Shown here: one piece after another, positions 41,634-55,772 of the stretch
How the letters are laid out: each line of letters starts with the position of its first letter
Numbering within the stretch: position 1 is the first letter of the stretch
NCBI GenBank assembly: GCA_951406725.2
Contig: OX597822.1
Location: 31,434,001 to 31,498,000, forward strand
From: Octopus vulgaris
Lineage: Eukaryota
DNA length: 64,000 bases
Direction: 5' to 3'
Program-made: the position numbers and the translations under genes
The notes under the pieces: model-generated
The model's input: only the letters and a program-made list of their open reading frames with translations
Told to the model about the DNA's origin: nothing
Database searches by the model: none

Positions 41634-42584
41634 CTATACGTATTTCTGTTTTTTTTTATAAATACCATATATATGATGCGCATGCTCACCATCGCATGAA
41701 TATACAAATGAATGAGACTTACAACATACATTAGTACTTGGGAGGGGGGTTATGCATTCACAAGGCCGGTTTCTCGTTCACAATATCTACTTGAGCGCAG
41801 TGCCGGTTCGCTGCAGGTTTCAAGGATAGCGGTTTTGATGGAAAGGCATATGTCAGTTACATGGACACCAGAACTTGAATGGAAATCAATTTTATTGGCA
41901 ATGTTAAAGGCAAAATTCACCACGGCCTGATTTTAACTCAGAATGTAAAAATCTGCAAGATATGCTGCGAAGTATTTTGCACAAAGGGCCAAACTGGATA
42001 CATATTTCTATATTTAGAGAAAATGAAAGGCATGAAGATTAAGAGAGGCAGTGACTGAAACTAAAAGAGAGGGTTGAGAATGGCCTACGAACTATAACGA
42101 ATAGAGATTGTATACGACGAAGCGAGGCAGCGAACACAAAGAAAACTCTTCCCGACGATTCTAGCATTGCATGTTTAATCTTTCCATGGGCAGAAAACTG
42201 AAAAACAGACTTATGCGTAAGTCTGGTGGTATGAAGTTTGCATACATTTTATTTTTAACATGGAGAAATAGACATTGTGGTTTAACGAATTTGTTTATTT
42301 TTCACAATGAGACTAACGCTATTTATTTATCAAAATAGACATAACATTCATGTCAAATTATGACAAATGCGGTGAGATTGTTTTGAATTGAATCATGTTT
42401 GCACATACAAGGATATATTTTCATAACCATATATACACGGCAATAACATTTTTCCATTAACATTATATGGTTGCACAAATGTTTACGCGACATGTATATA
42501 CAATTTTAATATAATTTCATAAACAGATGCGGACAACCACATCGAAAACAGCTAATTTAGGAAGCTTTATGTTTACATACATAC

Positions 42585-42639
42585 ATCTATATATAGAGTC
42601 GTACATACATGTACACTGACATTCACAAACATACATACA

Positions 42640-42714
<75 letters not shown>

Positions 42715-42955
42715 CATACATATATATATATATATACATATATATACATATATATATACATATATATATATACATATATATATATGTGTATACATATTTA
42801 TATCTATCTCTGTGAGTATACATTTCTATCTATATGTCTGTCCACCTGTCTATCCGCAATTATGTATATTTGTATGTGTGTATGTATGAATGCATGCACA
42901 TCTGTATGTATTTATTTATATATGTACGTATGCATGTATGTATGTATGTATATAA
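42585..42955. repeat. Compound TA/TG/TACA/TATG microsatellite
   Basis: Direct reading of the sequence. Confidence 0.9.
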
Positions 42956-44854
42956 AGCCCTATATGTTCTAAGTACTTTGGTCCCAAAGAAAGGGGTGCG
43001 ACAAACAAATTCCTCATTTCCTCCTACAACGGTTACATTGAGCCCATCATCATTCTCATTAAACTATGGCTAAAATAAAATGGCTGCTGGGACGACGTAG
43101 TTAAATAATATTAGGTGTTAGATCCTATAAAAATAGTAGCCCTGTTTCATCTAAACTTTGAAAATCTATGAAAATACATTTGTACTAAGCGTTTCAATTT
43201 AAGGAGAAAACATAGTTCGATGAAGAGGGATGGAGGTGCCAATGCCATTTTAGAGGGCTATTATAGAAGGGGAAGAAAGTATCCCATCCTGAAACCGGAG
43301 ATATACTCCAAATGCAAGCAACAAAGAGAAGGCCCCAAGGGTAGGACCGAAGGTTGTGTTAAAAAGTTTGATGTTTATATATCGGAGAGAGAAAACACGA
43401 AATGATTATCATCTTCCAAGACCCAGTGTAATCAATTCCAAAAAGCAAAGAAATCTTCCGTATACGGAGCACAGTTTAACTTCACAATCACGGAAACAAT
43501 AATTTGTTTGCTAAAGCTATAAAGACGAAAACCACCAACTCATGTTAGGTTCATTAGAGCGGGGTAGCTGAAGAGGCATAATGATATCTAAAAACCAGGG
43601 GCTGCATGTCCACTGGCGCTAATGAATCGAGTGTGTTATGAACACACATTTATCAGAAAAGCGTTGTCTTCTAATGACGAAATAAAAGTTGTATTTCTAT
43701 GTTCACCTTGCAAAATAGCGGAACGAATTAAGAATGAATATGTAAATCAAAACTGCAGGTACAGTAATTTTAGTCTATGGTTGTGTCTTTGTTTTTCTTA
43801 AAAAGAGTAGTCAGATGACATGTTACAGCGAATTACTGCGTTTCATTAATAAATTGAATCCGTTAGTAAATTTTGTAGAAAAGTGAAGATTTGATATTTT
43901 GTTATCAACAAGTTTGATTAGGTGTCTTATAAAAATTAACAGCAGCTTATTTTAGGCCTCACTCGAAATGTTACCAGATATGTTCATGACGGTATTGGAT
44001 TTTCATAATTTGTTAGAATTCAAATTTTACTAAATATAACTTTGAAGAAGTTTATGCGGTTAACCTATTTAAGATACGTTACCATATGTTAATACACGGT
44101 ATTTGATATAATGCTGTAAACTAGATTTTAACATAAATGTGTAGGTCTATATTTAAAGTGATACCACACGTGTTGTAATTATGACATGTGTGATAATTAC
44201 ATGTCATAATTGCAAGGTTGTATAAACATCACATTTGATCTGATACCATAGCTATCGCGGCATATATATACATACCACACAGTTTCAATAGTTTATTATG
44301 AGAAGGTGATATTAACATAAATTCAAAACGGAAGAATTTCATAGCGAAAATGCGCAATAATGAAAATATCTGTGTTTATATATTCATAAACAAAATCGTT
44401 GATCGGGGATTGGTTCAGAGTTCTAAAGGCTTTTAGTTCCCATCTTGTCACCTCAACTAAAATAATGAAAACTAAAATTGCAACATATGGACTCATAACA
44501 AACTATGGTGGCAATATTTAGTTTTATCTTTTCTGGTTATACAGGCTGTTATTATCATGTGTTTCTTTTTTAGATAGAGCATTAAAAGTCGATATTGATC
44601 AATTCTAGTAAAAACTGGACTTTTAAGTACGAAAGAAACTACTTCATCGATTATCAATTTATACACCTATCAAAAGAGATGCTCACTTTTCCTTCCCTAT
44701 TGGGGCACCATTATCAGAATATAGCATACATATTAATAACGGCTTTGCCTTTCACAAGATATTATTAACCAAGCCATATGTTCCCTTCCCTCTTCAGCCT
44801 TTGCAGAACAAAAATGCATTAAAATCTCACATTTGCTCTATTCATATTATCTAT

Positions 44855-44860
44855 TTATTA

Positions 44861-44921
<61 letters not shown>

Positions 44922-45065
44922 CATGTATATGTACATGTATATATATATATATACATGTATATGTATATATACGTATGTATGTATATATATATGTACATGT
45001 ATATATATATATATATATATGTGTGTGTACATATATATATGTATATGCATATATATATATGTACA

Positions 45066-45105
<40 letters not shown>
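44855..45105. repeat. (TA)n/(TATG) compound microsatellite
   Basis: Direct reading of the sequence. Confidence 0.95.
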
Positions 45106-45114
<9 letters not shown>

Positions 45115-47471
45115 TTTTAAGGCATTATATCCAATAAATAACAGGGAAATAAAACCATTTCGATTTAATGGACACTGTAGTTTTAAATACAAGATAATAA
45201 ACAGATTATATTTGTTTAACTTTGCGTGACACTTTTCATTCTCAAATGTCTATTAAAACGGTTCATGAAATGATATTTTTTGTCGGAAGAGAACAGATCA
45301 TCCACATAAAATAAAAAAAAAGTGCTTTGAATGATCACACCATAAATTACCATTAGGTAGCAATTACATTCTCTGTATGGAAACGTAAGTCATTAATGAC
45401 GAACATATACGCACCTTCTGGCTAGGGATGTAACAAATGTATTCAAATGAATTTTTACTTTATATAAAAAAAAAACCTATTCGTGTTTCTCAATGCATTA
45501 TTCCACTACTGATAGACACTGTGGTTCACAACATTTATATTAGATTTATGGTTTTTCCCTGCTACAATTTGGACTACATATGTCACAGTATTCTATTAAG
45601 GGGAGCACATAGGAAGATAGGAATTTTGTAATGAGGTCACAAGGGTCTTAAAAGAAACGAGATATAGTTTGCTCGAACAAAAATATGGCAACCATCCAAA
45701 TCCGCAAAGCATGGTAGTACAGTCAATGCCTTATATGTAGCATTAATCCAGTACTTTAGAATATCTTATTCACCGAGGAACGACAAATCTCTAGTTGAAT
45801 TTTATGATATCGGTCTTAAAACCTATTCTTTCAAGTAAACCAGGGTAAGAAGCATGTTATATAACTGAAGAACACATGCGTTCGAAATAATCATTACGCT
45901 TAAAAAAGCAACGTAATTTTTTTTTACCACTACTTGTCAGAATATGAGACTATTGTCTCATTAAATACTTCTTATTGGTATTTGTGGCGTTAGCATACAA
46001 TTCGTAACAATAAATTATATGTATCCTTTTCAACCCACAACAGCAAGATTGGTAAGCTATATAAGTAGAGTAATAAAGAAGAGAGAAATGAGGAAAGCTT
46101 CTTACGATGTAGAGAAGGAAGTAGCCTTTATCTATTTCAGGGACAAAGGCCTATAACCATAAGTATACGTCTACGAAATGTGAGTTTACGTAGATTCAGC
46201 AAGGAGAGCATATTCTGGAATCAATATATATATAGTAATGATTTGATTATACTTGCCTCTAAAGTAATTTATTTCACATAAACAGGGCTATATCGTAGAA
46301 TTCCTAATTTAATACATCTTACATACAATCAGGAATACATGTACTACTAGAAGTACAATGAACATAATCGGATATCTAAAACATCGATGATATTACAACT
46401 AAAGGTATAAAAAAATCAATGAAACAATATACGTTGGAACTTCCATTGACACATCATAATTTCAAAAATAACTAATATCATATAATTTCTAATGAAAAAT
46501 GGATATTCAAATACAGTTCTCACCCGGCCCATCATTCAGTATATAAACCAAATAAAATGGTCTTCCAGTCTTTAAAACAGATCTGTAACTAGGAATCAAA
46601 TTAGGGATACTACTTTTTGCATATAAGATAAGTCTCATAACGTTTAAATTAATTGACTATAAAAACAAAAGTTAGTATTCAGAATCCATAACTACAAACA
46701 AATGTCATCAACTTTATTTGTCATAATACACTTCACGAAACCTAAAATTGCTTTTTCAATCCATAATTCGGAAAAATGGCATTGAACTTACGTCATAGAA
46801 TAAATATCATTTTCAATAAATATTATACACCAGTATTTAAAACTTAACATTTAGTTATTGAACATTACGATGAATGTAGAAGATAATAAAAATAATCTTA
46901 TCTCCCGCCGAACGGAAGAGCTTGCTGGACATTGATCAGCGTAAACATTGACATTTGACTTCCAGATTAGACATTCAAATAATTAAAGTTTTAACTAAAA
47001 TCTTATCATTCCAAGATACGCCATACTGTTCCTAGACAATTTATCAGTATTTTCACTTACAAAATTTTTTTATAAATATATACCATGTTTTACTGAGCAT
47101 GTCAGTGATATTAATTAACATCCACACAAACATAAACATACACACGTACAGAAGCTTATGTGTGTGAAGTAAATAACAAACGAGAAAAGGGAACGCAATA
47201 TAAATTGACGTTAATGTTACGCTGAGGATAAAATATTGGGATATTTTGTTTCATATTTGAGACGTTTAACAGTAGAAGAACAAGTGGAGAAAGAGATCGA
47301 GCGAACAGGAAGGAAAGTAACGAAAACAGTATCTTAATAAAAGTCAAAAATTATATGAGGTCTATGCCAACTCCATTTTGAAAAGTAACTCGCATGTGTA
47401 GGAAGAAGAACATAGATTACACTTTAGATACTTAATGGAAGTTATCGGTTTCTTTCTCTTTCTTCCTTTCC

Positions 47472-47544
<73 letters not shown>

Positions 47545-47549
<5 letters not shown>

Positions 47550-47874
47550 ATACTAAGCAATTAAGGGTTTAGCAACGAATTGCCTCACCACACACCGAAT
47601 TTAGAAATAGCAGTCAAAGAGTTATAGCTATTCTTTCTACTAAAAGGGAGATCTCAGTAAAAACACAGCACTTGAAAAGCAAACACAGACGGGTAAGAGA
47701 GAATGAAATGACGGCAATCTATCATACAATTTTAAGTCACCTACGGACGTACGTTTCGAAATCAAGTTTTAGGAAAGCATAAGAATTAGATAATTCTACC
47801 TTACCCAACTTCTACTTGGTGTAATTAATAATTATTCCAAATTAATTAATTTCACCCTTTATTGTTACTGATAA

Positions 47875-47878
<4 letters not shown>
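47545..47878. mobile_element. Element fragment(s) embedded between two (TA)n tracts, Penelope-like
   Basis: Both ends abut pure (TA)n. Minus strand has CGAAACGUACGUC, the 3' half of a hammerhead with palindromic stem III. The right end AATTAATTTCACCCT motif recurs in other TA-embedded fragments. Confidence 0.5.
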
Positions 47879-47933
<55 letters not shown>

Positions 47934-48096
47934 TGTATAGTTTCTTAGCCTGTACTTTAAGTGTTCATGTAACATCGGGGAGGTTACTTTCTCTGGCGTC
48001 TCAAATTTTACCCATCGGAACACGGAAAGTGTGACGAATTATGGAATTGAGTCTACTAATGTATGAGTGCGAACGAAATATTCTACCCACAAGACG

Positions 48097-48170
<74 letters not shown>

Positions 48171-48414
48171 TACACATATATATATATATATAGAGAGAGA
48201 GAGAGTCTGGAAAAAACATGTATACACACTTCAGGAAAAAAAGAAAAATCTGTATAAATATTTTAATTCACTGCTATCGCAATTTGATAAAACATCGAAA
48301 GAGCTGTCTATATTTATAGAGTTACTTAAACAAATTAGATATGTATACAGATTTTTCCTTTCCTGATGTGTTTATAAATCTGGCGGGCACATACATACAT
48401 ACACACACACACAC

Positions 48415-48465
<51 letters not shown>

Positions 48466-49357
48466 TTATGCGTGTACACGTATGACAATTGGTATTTTTA
48501 AGCTTCGTGTAACATACGAGTATTTCCCCAATTTTATTGTCCCCCATGTGCAAGTCAACTGAAAAAGTTGTGCGAACTGATGGGCATGATCCTTCCATAT
48601 TAACAAAACGTATAATACAATGTTTCTTTCCTGCCCTTATACATCTAACCATGCATATTATGGGTAGGCAATTTCATTAAGTCGTGCAATAACTGTACAA
48701 CCGAAATCATGAGGTTTCCTGGTGAGTGACTTAATTATCTAGCATCGATAAATATATTTCGATGTAGATGAAAACAATTCTTACTTATGAAGTGATGTAC
48801 GGACAAGAAGATTAATATTAATGTTTATCTAAGAGATTTCCCCTGGTATTACACACAATCTCCGTACCCTCTGCAACATTCCATTTTCTTTGCAGTATGA
48901 GTGATTCTATTCTCTTTCCAGAAGTTAACACACTCTAAAAGAAACTACTCAAAATTAAACTACAAAACCATTGTTTGCTTTAGTAGGGATTCTACAAATA
49001 TACGAAGGCATAATATTTACACAATCTTACATTCTATCTTCCTCCATCTGTTTCTCTCTGCCTATCTTTTCCGCCCCCTCCTTCTCTGCGCTTCCTTCTA
49101 CCGTACACAAAAGTAAATTAGCAGTAGAGTGTAAAGATGATAAAACCTAAGTCAATAAGTTCCATCCGTTTTATTGGTGTAGTCCAGATTATGTGAGATC
49201 ATGGATGACATATAATTGTCTGTTAAAGCTAGTCTATTGTGGTTTGCATAATTCTAATCGTTTTAAAATGAATGGCATACCGTACAATGTAAAATTGCAT
49301 GCTAAAGACAAGATAATCTGCAGAAGTTTATTGACATCTATTATTAAATTCAAATAA

Positions 49358-51235
49358 AGTCAGTGAGCTGAAAGAATCGTCGGCATGCCGAGCGAAACGC
49401 TCAACGGCATTTCGCCCGTCATTAAGTTATGAATTCAAATTCTGCCGAAGCCGGCTTTGCCTTTCATGCTTGATAAAATAGGTACTTATCCTTTCCGGGA
49501 AATTGCCGGCCTTATGCCAAGATTTGAAAGTATTATTAAGTTTTAAAAAAAATAGTCACGGTTGGCATGTTCTTTAGCACGCCGGGTAAAATGCTTCGAG
49601 GCATTTCGGTCATCTTTATATTCGAAGCTAAACTTATACTTCATCTTTACGCGGTCGATAAAATGAATATTAACTGAGTACTGTGATTGATGTAATTGAG
49701 TTCACCCCTCCTCACAATATTACCTGTCTTGTATCTATAGTAGAAATGATTATTAAAATTCAAATAATTATCCATGAACTTTGAAATTGATTGCTTACAT
49801 TAAAGATTATTTATATTATATGTCATCTTGTATAGCCTCCACTTTTTTTACTTCAGTTTTACAAAACCACATTTGAAGAGGACTCTAAATTAATATATTT
49901 CATAAAATCATTTTTTTAAAAATTTTATAGTAAATAAGATACGCTTTGCTCAAAAGTTGTTAAGTACATAATATATAACTTCTAATATCATATAACATAT
50001 TATTTCCAAAATAGGTGCAACGTAAGGTATCGAGGCGGGTATACTGTCTATTCTTACATTCTGCCTGTGTTCAAATTCCACCGGCCTTCATTTAGCCTTT
50101 CATCTTTTCGGGGTCGATAAAATCATTTGAGAAGTGGGCTTAACATAAAACATTTACCCGCTCCTCTGAACTTGCTGGCCTTATGCCAATATCTGAAATC
50201 AATATTAGTCCATCGTGTTAATCTTCACGAACTTTTTTTATTGGTTGCATGAATAACTTCATTCATTTAATATTTGCTTAGTAGATTAAAACGGCAAGCT
50301 GGCAGAGTCGTTAGCACGTCGGTCAAAATTCTTAGCGGTATTTCGTCCATCTTTACGTTCTGAGTTAATTTTGAGCCGGGGTCAACCATGCCGTTCATCC
50401 TTCGAGGTCGATAAAATAAGTACTAGTTAAGCACTCGGGACAGATGTTATCGACTATATCTCTTCTCATAAATTGCTGAACTTGTACCAAAATATTAAAT
50501 CAATATTTGCTTGATAGAGGCCATTAATTCTAGGTATTGATATAGGAGATAACAATCTTAACGGGCATTTAATTTATATAAGTTGACGCATTTCAAACCT
50601 GATCTGACAATATACCGAGAAATAGTATCACCCATTGTATGAGTTATATATCAAACAATTCTGCCATTGAAGTTCCTGATTGTGGGCAAACTATACATAT
50701 ACCAACCTGCAAACAGACAAATACTCGTTTTATTCTAGAATATGTCGTCGGGGTTAACTTTGTCTTTCATCTTTTTGGGGTCGATATAAACGACTTGCCC
50801 ATTTCCTCCGCAATTGCTGGCCCTGTACCAAAATTTGAAACCAACATTATATTTCAGAATAAGGCAGGGAATCGTTAGAATCCCTGATGTAAAGCTTAGC
50901 GATATTTATCCCGTATTTACCTTTGTGCTGATTAAATACCTATCAGTTAAATACTGGCCGAAATGCTATCGATTGACCCTTCCTACAAAATTGCTGAGCC
51001 TGTGCCAACATTTAAATTAATGTTTTATTCCAGAATAGTTTATCATTTCATTTACGTCTTTGGCTTTGAGGCGTGGTATTGTCTCTGTCACTTTACGTCC
51101 GGAGTTCAGGTCTTTTCATTTTCGGCCTTTCTGAGAGGATATAATAGACTATCAATCATATATTTGGTTTCATGGTTTCCAATAATTCCATCCCCTATAT
51201 TGCCGAACGTGTGCCTAAATGAGAAATCATTTTAT
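49358..51235 (+). mobile_element. Head-to-tail cluster of about 7 degenerate group C SINEs
   Basis: Copies at about 49358-49537, 49558-49755, 50030-50207, 50289-50507, 50742-50850, 50861-51027 and 51065-51235. Each shows subsets of GCTGGCAGAATCGTTAG, GTTCAAATT, TTTCATCYTTTYGGGGTCGATA and TTGCTGGCCTTRTRCCAA. Confidence 0.8.
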
Positions 51236-51950
51236 AATAAAGTAAATATTGTTTTGCATTTCCTGTATAAGATCATAGACTATTTACACAAATACATTCC
51301 TTTGTGTTATAATGAACGGGAAAAAATCGACGTTGTTTAAAAGTTGCCAATAAATTTATCACTGGTTTACTGTATTTCTATGAAAGTGCTCTGATCACTG
51401 CATTATGGGTGGAATAAGTTCGACAGAAGATATTTAAAAGGTAATTATTTGGGTACTAGGATATGTACCACAATGCATAAGTACCAATCTTGAAAGACTA
51501 GGCTTGGCAAGACCAGAATAAGAAAAACTCATTCGAAGACAGAAGATCTAAGCCTTCATGGACGTGTAAAAATCTGTAAAACTTGCTAGAAGTTAATCTT
51601 TTAAGTCTATATGCGCATGTCTAGACATGCAACTATATGCATAAGGATACATGTATAAAACACACCATGCAAATCTGTACCTGCATTAAATCCAAATACT
51701 CGCGCATAAATGCAAAAAATTACCCTGTTAATATTGTTGAAATTCGAATGAAGGAATCTCGAATCTATGGTACAAACTGGCATTTTCGCAGTTAGTGACA
51801 AATCTTGAGATACAACTGAAAAATGACAGATACATACATACTTACATGCATGCATATATTTATACAACCATACATCCACCCATCCATCCATATATGTAGT
51901 ATTGTGGTTCAAAAACGAGAGGGGTAAAACTAAAAAGTAAAGAATATGTC

Positions 51951-52222
51951 CTGTTGTGTCTGGAGAGAGTAATTTACTTTTTTTGCCTTATAATTAAACA
52001 CATTCACCGGTAAAATTTCCACTTATTCCATATTTTCATTTTCCACAATTTTAGTTGCGTCTTGCAGCATTTTCATTAGTCTTGATTCTATGTGGAAATT
52101 TTATCGGTGAGTGTGTTAAATTGTAAGGCACAAAGAGAAAATTACTCTCCCCAGACACAACAGAATATGCTTCAACACATGAAGTCACATAAAGTATCTT
52201 GCAAACTAAATCCAAAAACGTA
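51951..52222. mobile_element. Fold-back element, same family as 35760-36058
   Basis: About 70-bp arms: CTGTTGTGTCTGGAGAGAGTAATTT...AAAATTTCCAC and GTGGAAATTTT...AAATTACTCTCCCCAGACACAACAG (ends 52163). Confidence 0.8.
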
Positions 52223-53807
52223 AAGAATATATACATATCTTGTATTTAGCTGCAAATCTACAGATCTACAACATATGTCCCACGAAGGTCAAGAATTTCT
52301 CGAGTTGCATTTATCATACTACCATGTTCATTTGTACATCATACTTCTCTTGCAATATTCGAGCCCCACCAAATTACAGACACTTATTTATAATGCTTGC
52401 CTACAGAATAATCCAGTGACTAGCTTGTTGTCAAGGTGTAACCAGCAACGTCATTGTTTCTCACCAACTGCAATTCGAAATATAATCAATAAAGTGTTAG
52501 CATAATGCATATCTTGCTCATTATGACTTAATGCGTTTGAATTAGTCTGAAGACTGATAACATACATAAAGATATTTGTGTAGATAAACTAATTTGACTT
52601 TATATATTAATGGCCAAATGTTGTTTAGTTTACGGCAGCCAATATTATTATGTAATGAATTTTAATAATGCTGCTCACCTTTAATGTCACTTTGTGTATG
52701 TAAAGTGTATATAATTATAAGATGAAATTAAAACCAGTTCTAAAGCATGTTTCATAATATTATGTAAAGAGTGGTAAAATAAAATCTAAATAAAAAGATA
52801 ATAGGCATATCAGATATATTAACTGAATTTCCCAGAAACTGTTAATGAAACATAAACTAAATTAAGTAGGTACTGTTCACAAAAGCATTAATAAAATTGG
52901 TATTAGAGACTGTAAAATGGCAATAGTATAATAAACCCTAAGCCAACAGCATCAACAAAGGAAATACAAAAAGAATATTTTAGTCGAAAAATGTCAGCAA
53001 CATAGCAACGGTAACGGCATATATATAAGCAGCAAACGTTATTAATTGCCATGGAACAAAATATCAAAAATAAAAAATTGAATAAAATATTTTAACGAAA
53101 ACTTAAAAGATTCATGTGAGTTACATATGAAATTTACACACATATATTTATAAACCTAAACCATTAAGATGGTTTGCATGCAAATCTATTACAGTATAAA
53201 AGTTACTAATGCATTAATATAAACAGTTACTAATGCATTAAACAAAAAAAATTAAATAAAAATAAAGTGTAGACATTAGAATATTAAAGTTTAGATTTAT
53301 TTTCAGACTTAGTGTTTGTTTCTGAATAAATAACGGCAGCAGATTTTTAAATCAAAATATGTTACTTTACATATTTGTTCTCCTTGTAATTATTTTATCG
53401 CAAAAGAAAAAAAAAAATCAGATTTTTTAAAAACAAAACAATACCCTCTATATGGGAGTGGATATGATAAGTTACATACGGTTGCGTGTTATTTCGATAT
53501 TTCTTTCTGCGAGTTCGATCCCACAAAGCCGTGAAATCTTGATGCGTTTCTTTCCCAGTGTGCGTTTGACCAATGCATTCCGAATAAAATTTCTGTAGAG
53601 GGAGTGTGTGTGAATCCCTGTCCATATGCCTTAACTGTTGACGTGTGCCCACATTTAACGGAAATGCTACGTTATAAGCGTTTAGGCAGGTTTCCAATTT
53701 AAGATAACCTACCTCCTTTCCTTCCACCGGTTATTATTTATATTGTAGTCAAGAGGGAGGTAGTGCCCACGATCCTTGACACAGCTTTGAATAGATCCAG
53801 AATGTCC

Positions 53808-54182
53808 TCAAACAGGATAGCTAGCTTGAACACTCACAGCAGCGATCTCCCCATTAAAGACATCCAACATGCCAAATAGTGACATATGACTGAGTGACGG
53901 ATTAAATATACCATCTGTGTAGGATATTGTGGAATTTGAACAAAGAATGTAAACAACTGTAACAAATGTTGCGACACATCCAGTCCAACTCTCGTAGAGC
54001 GCCGACAATCCACAGCCAACATCAAGTGTTTCTTTATCGAAACCCCACCCGTCCACAGTATGAAAGGCAACGCTGTGCTCAGCGGGATCTGGATTCAGAG
54101 TCAAGAGAGTTGGAACCATGTCCACTGTCGTGAACACATTACTGACACTTTCACTTTTGTTCTTCGTCTTTTGGTTACTCAA
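53808..54182 (-). CDS. Candidate terminal exon encoding a divergent (possibly pseudogenised) C1q-domain-like protein
   Basis: Preceded by acceptor-like TTGTCTATTTCTCATTTGTAG; 124 non-repetitive codons in a GC-richer island. SVAFHT...FDKETLDVGCG...YESWTGCVATFVTVVYIL...LDVFNGEIAAVSV parallels the C1q pattern VAFxA...FDxVxxNxGxG YxxxTGxFTAPxxGxYxF...LxLxxGDxVxV. A possible AATAAA lies on the minus strand at 53296-53301. The TTG start is probably an exon boundary, not an initiator. Confidence 0.45.
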   Translation of the reverse strand: MSNQKTKNKSESVSNVFTTVDMVPTLLTLNPDPAEHSVAFHTVDGWGFDKETLDVGCGLSALYESWTGCVATFVTVVYILCSNSTISYTDGIFNPSLSHMSLFGMLDVFNGEIAAVSVQASYPV

Positions 54183-55312
54183 CTACAAATGAGAAATAGA
54201 CAATCCATAAATATTCTCTGGATGGTAAGACAAATCCAAATGTTAATGTCGGACTCGGTGGGGATTACATTACGGCTAGAGCACAGTTAGGTAAATACAA
54301 AAACAGAAAGAAAAGAGACAATGGGGACTGTTAAAAGTGTAAACAAGGACTAGATATGAATTTCTTGTGACATTTACTAATTTAAAAATATCAAATACCT
54401 TCTAGACATTCGAACCTAAGAACATTTTTGTCACCTAATAAAATTGATGGCATTGATTGTATTTTCTTGTGAAGAGGAGCGCTCGCGGTTGCTACACATT
54501 GCAATGAACCCGAATCGGTGATGGGTGTGAGAGCGGCTGACGGTGATACAGCAGTGTACGTTTTACTAAGACTATGGTGAATTATTCAACATTAGTATAA
54601 TCTTCTACATTTTTATATTATCGACGACACACTTCCCTTCTAAAACAAACAAAATATCTTACGTCTGATCTATTATTTAAACAAAGTACAAGAATCATAA
54701 AACGAAAATTAATCAAGAAAGAAATGGCGACTGATCTTTCGACAGCCATACACCAATATTTCTATAGAATTGCTTATATAAACAAAAACATTAAGATCGA
54801 CGTGATTGTCATGATAACCACGCCACCATCAAAGGAGCCATCATCACCATCATAATCATTATCAGAATCAAGATCACCATTACCAACATCTTCTAGTTCG
54901 TCGGCGTCTTCGTCAACGTCATCGGCATCGAAGTTGTCGACATCGATGTCATCAAAAAGCTGAAGTACTAACATTAATGTTCATCAATAACGTTAGTCAT
55001 TAGTATAATTGAACTTATTGATTGGCTTGCATTGACATGAATCGGGAAATACAAACAAAATAGAGTGAAAAGGTAGGAAGTTAGTCTGTCACAAAAAAGA
55101 AAATTAGCAGTGCTAAAGAGGAACAACTCGTCGCAGGGGGTAAAAATATTTGGCTTAATACACAACTGTATCCCTAGAACATTGATATTCTCCTGTATAT
55201 TATTCTTTTTGTTTTCTCAATTGGTAATCCATATATATATAGACCTTTTAAAGGGATATTAACATCCAAGTTCCCGATTTTTATCCAGTGTATCGGTAAA
55301 GTACTAAATAGA

Positions 55313-55538
55313 TACTCTTTTACTATTTTACTCCTTTACTTGTTTCAGTCATTTGACTGCGGCCATGTTGGAGCACCGCCTTTAGTCGAGCAAGTCGACA
55401 CCGGAACTTATTCTTTGTAAGCCTAGTACGTATTCTATCGGTCTCTTTTGCCAAACCGCTAAGATACGGGGACATAAACACACCATTATCGGGTCAAACG
55501 ATGTTAGGGGGACAAACACAGACATAAACACATACACC

Positions 55539-55600
<62 letters not shown>

Positions 55601-55772
55601 CATTTATACGACAGGCTTCTTTCAGTTTCCTTCTACCATATCCACTCACAAGGCTTTGGTCGGCCCGAGGTTATAGTAGAAAACATTTGCCCAAGATGCC
55701 ATGTAGGGGGACGGAACCCGGAACCATATAGTTGGTAAGCAAGCTACTTACCACAAAGCCACTCCTGCGCCT
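55313..55772 (-). mobile_element. SINE group A, full length
   Basis: Colinear with the other copies; possible short TSD ATAGAT at 55308-55313 and 55773-55778. Confidence 0.92.

Noticed and set aside
53500-53810. LINE reverse transcriptase-like fragments on the minus strand (LDLFKAV, AFPLNVGTRQ, LGKKRIKIS)
   Set aside because: The three motifs lie in three different frames with stops, and no (Y/F)ADD motif follows. Probably chance; a translated RT HMM search would settle it.
54774-54974. Asp-rich 66-aa ORF
   Set aside because: Looks like a decayed (GAT/GAC)n repeat; no convincing splice sites, although an acidic exon cannot be fully excluded.
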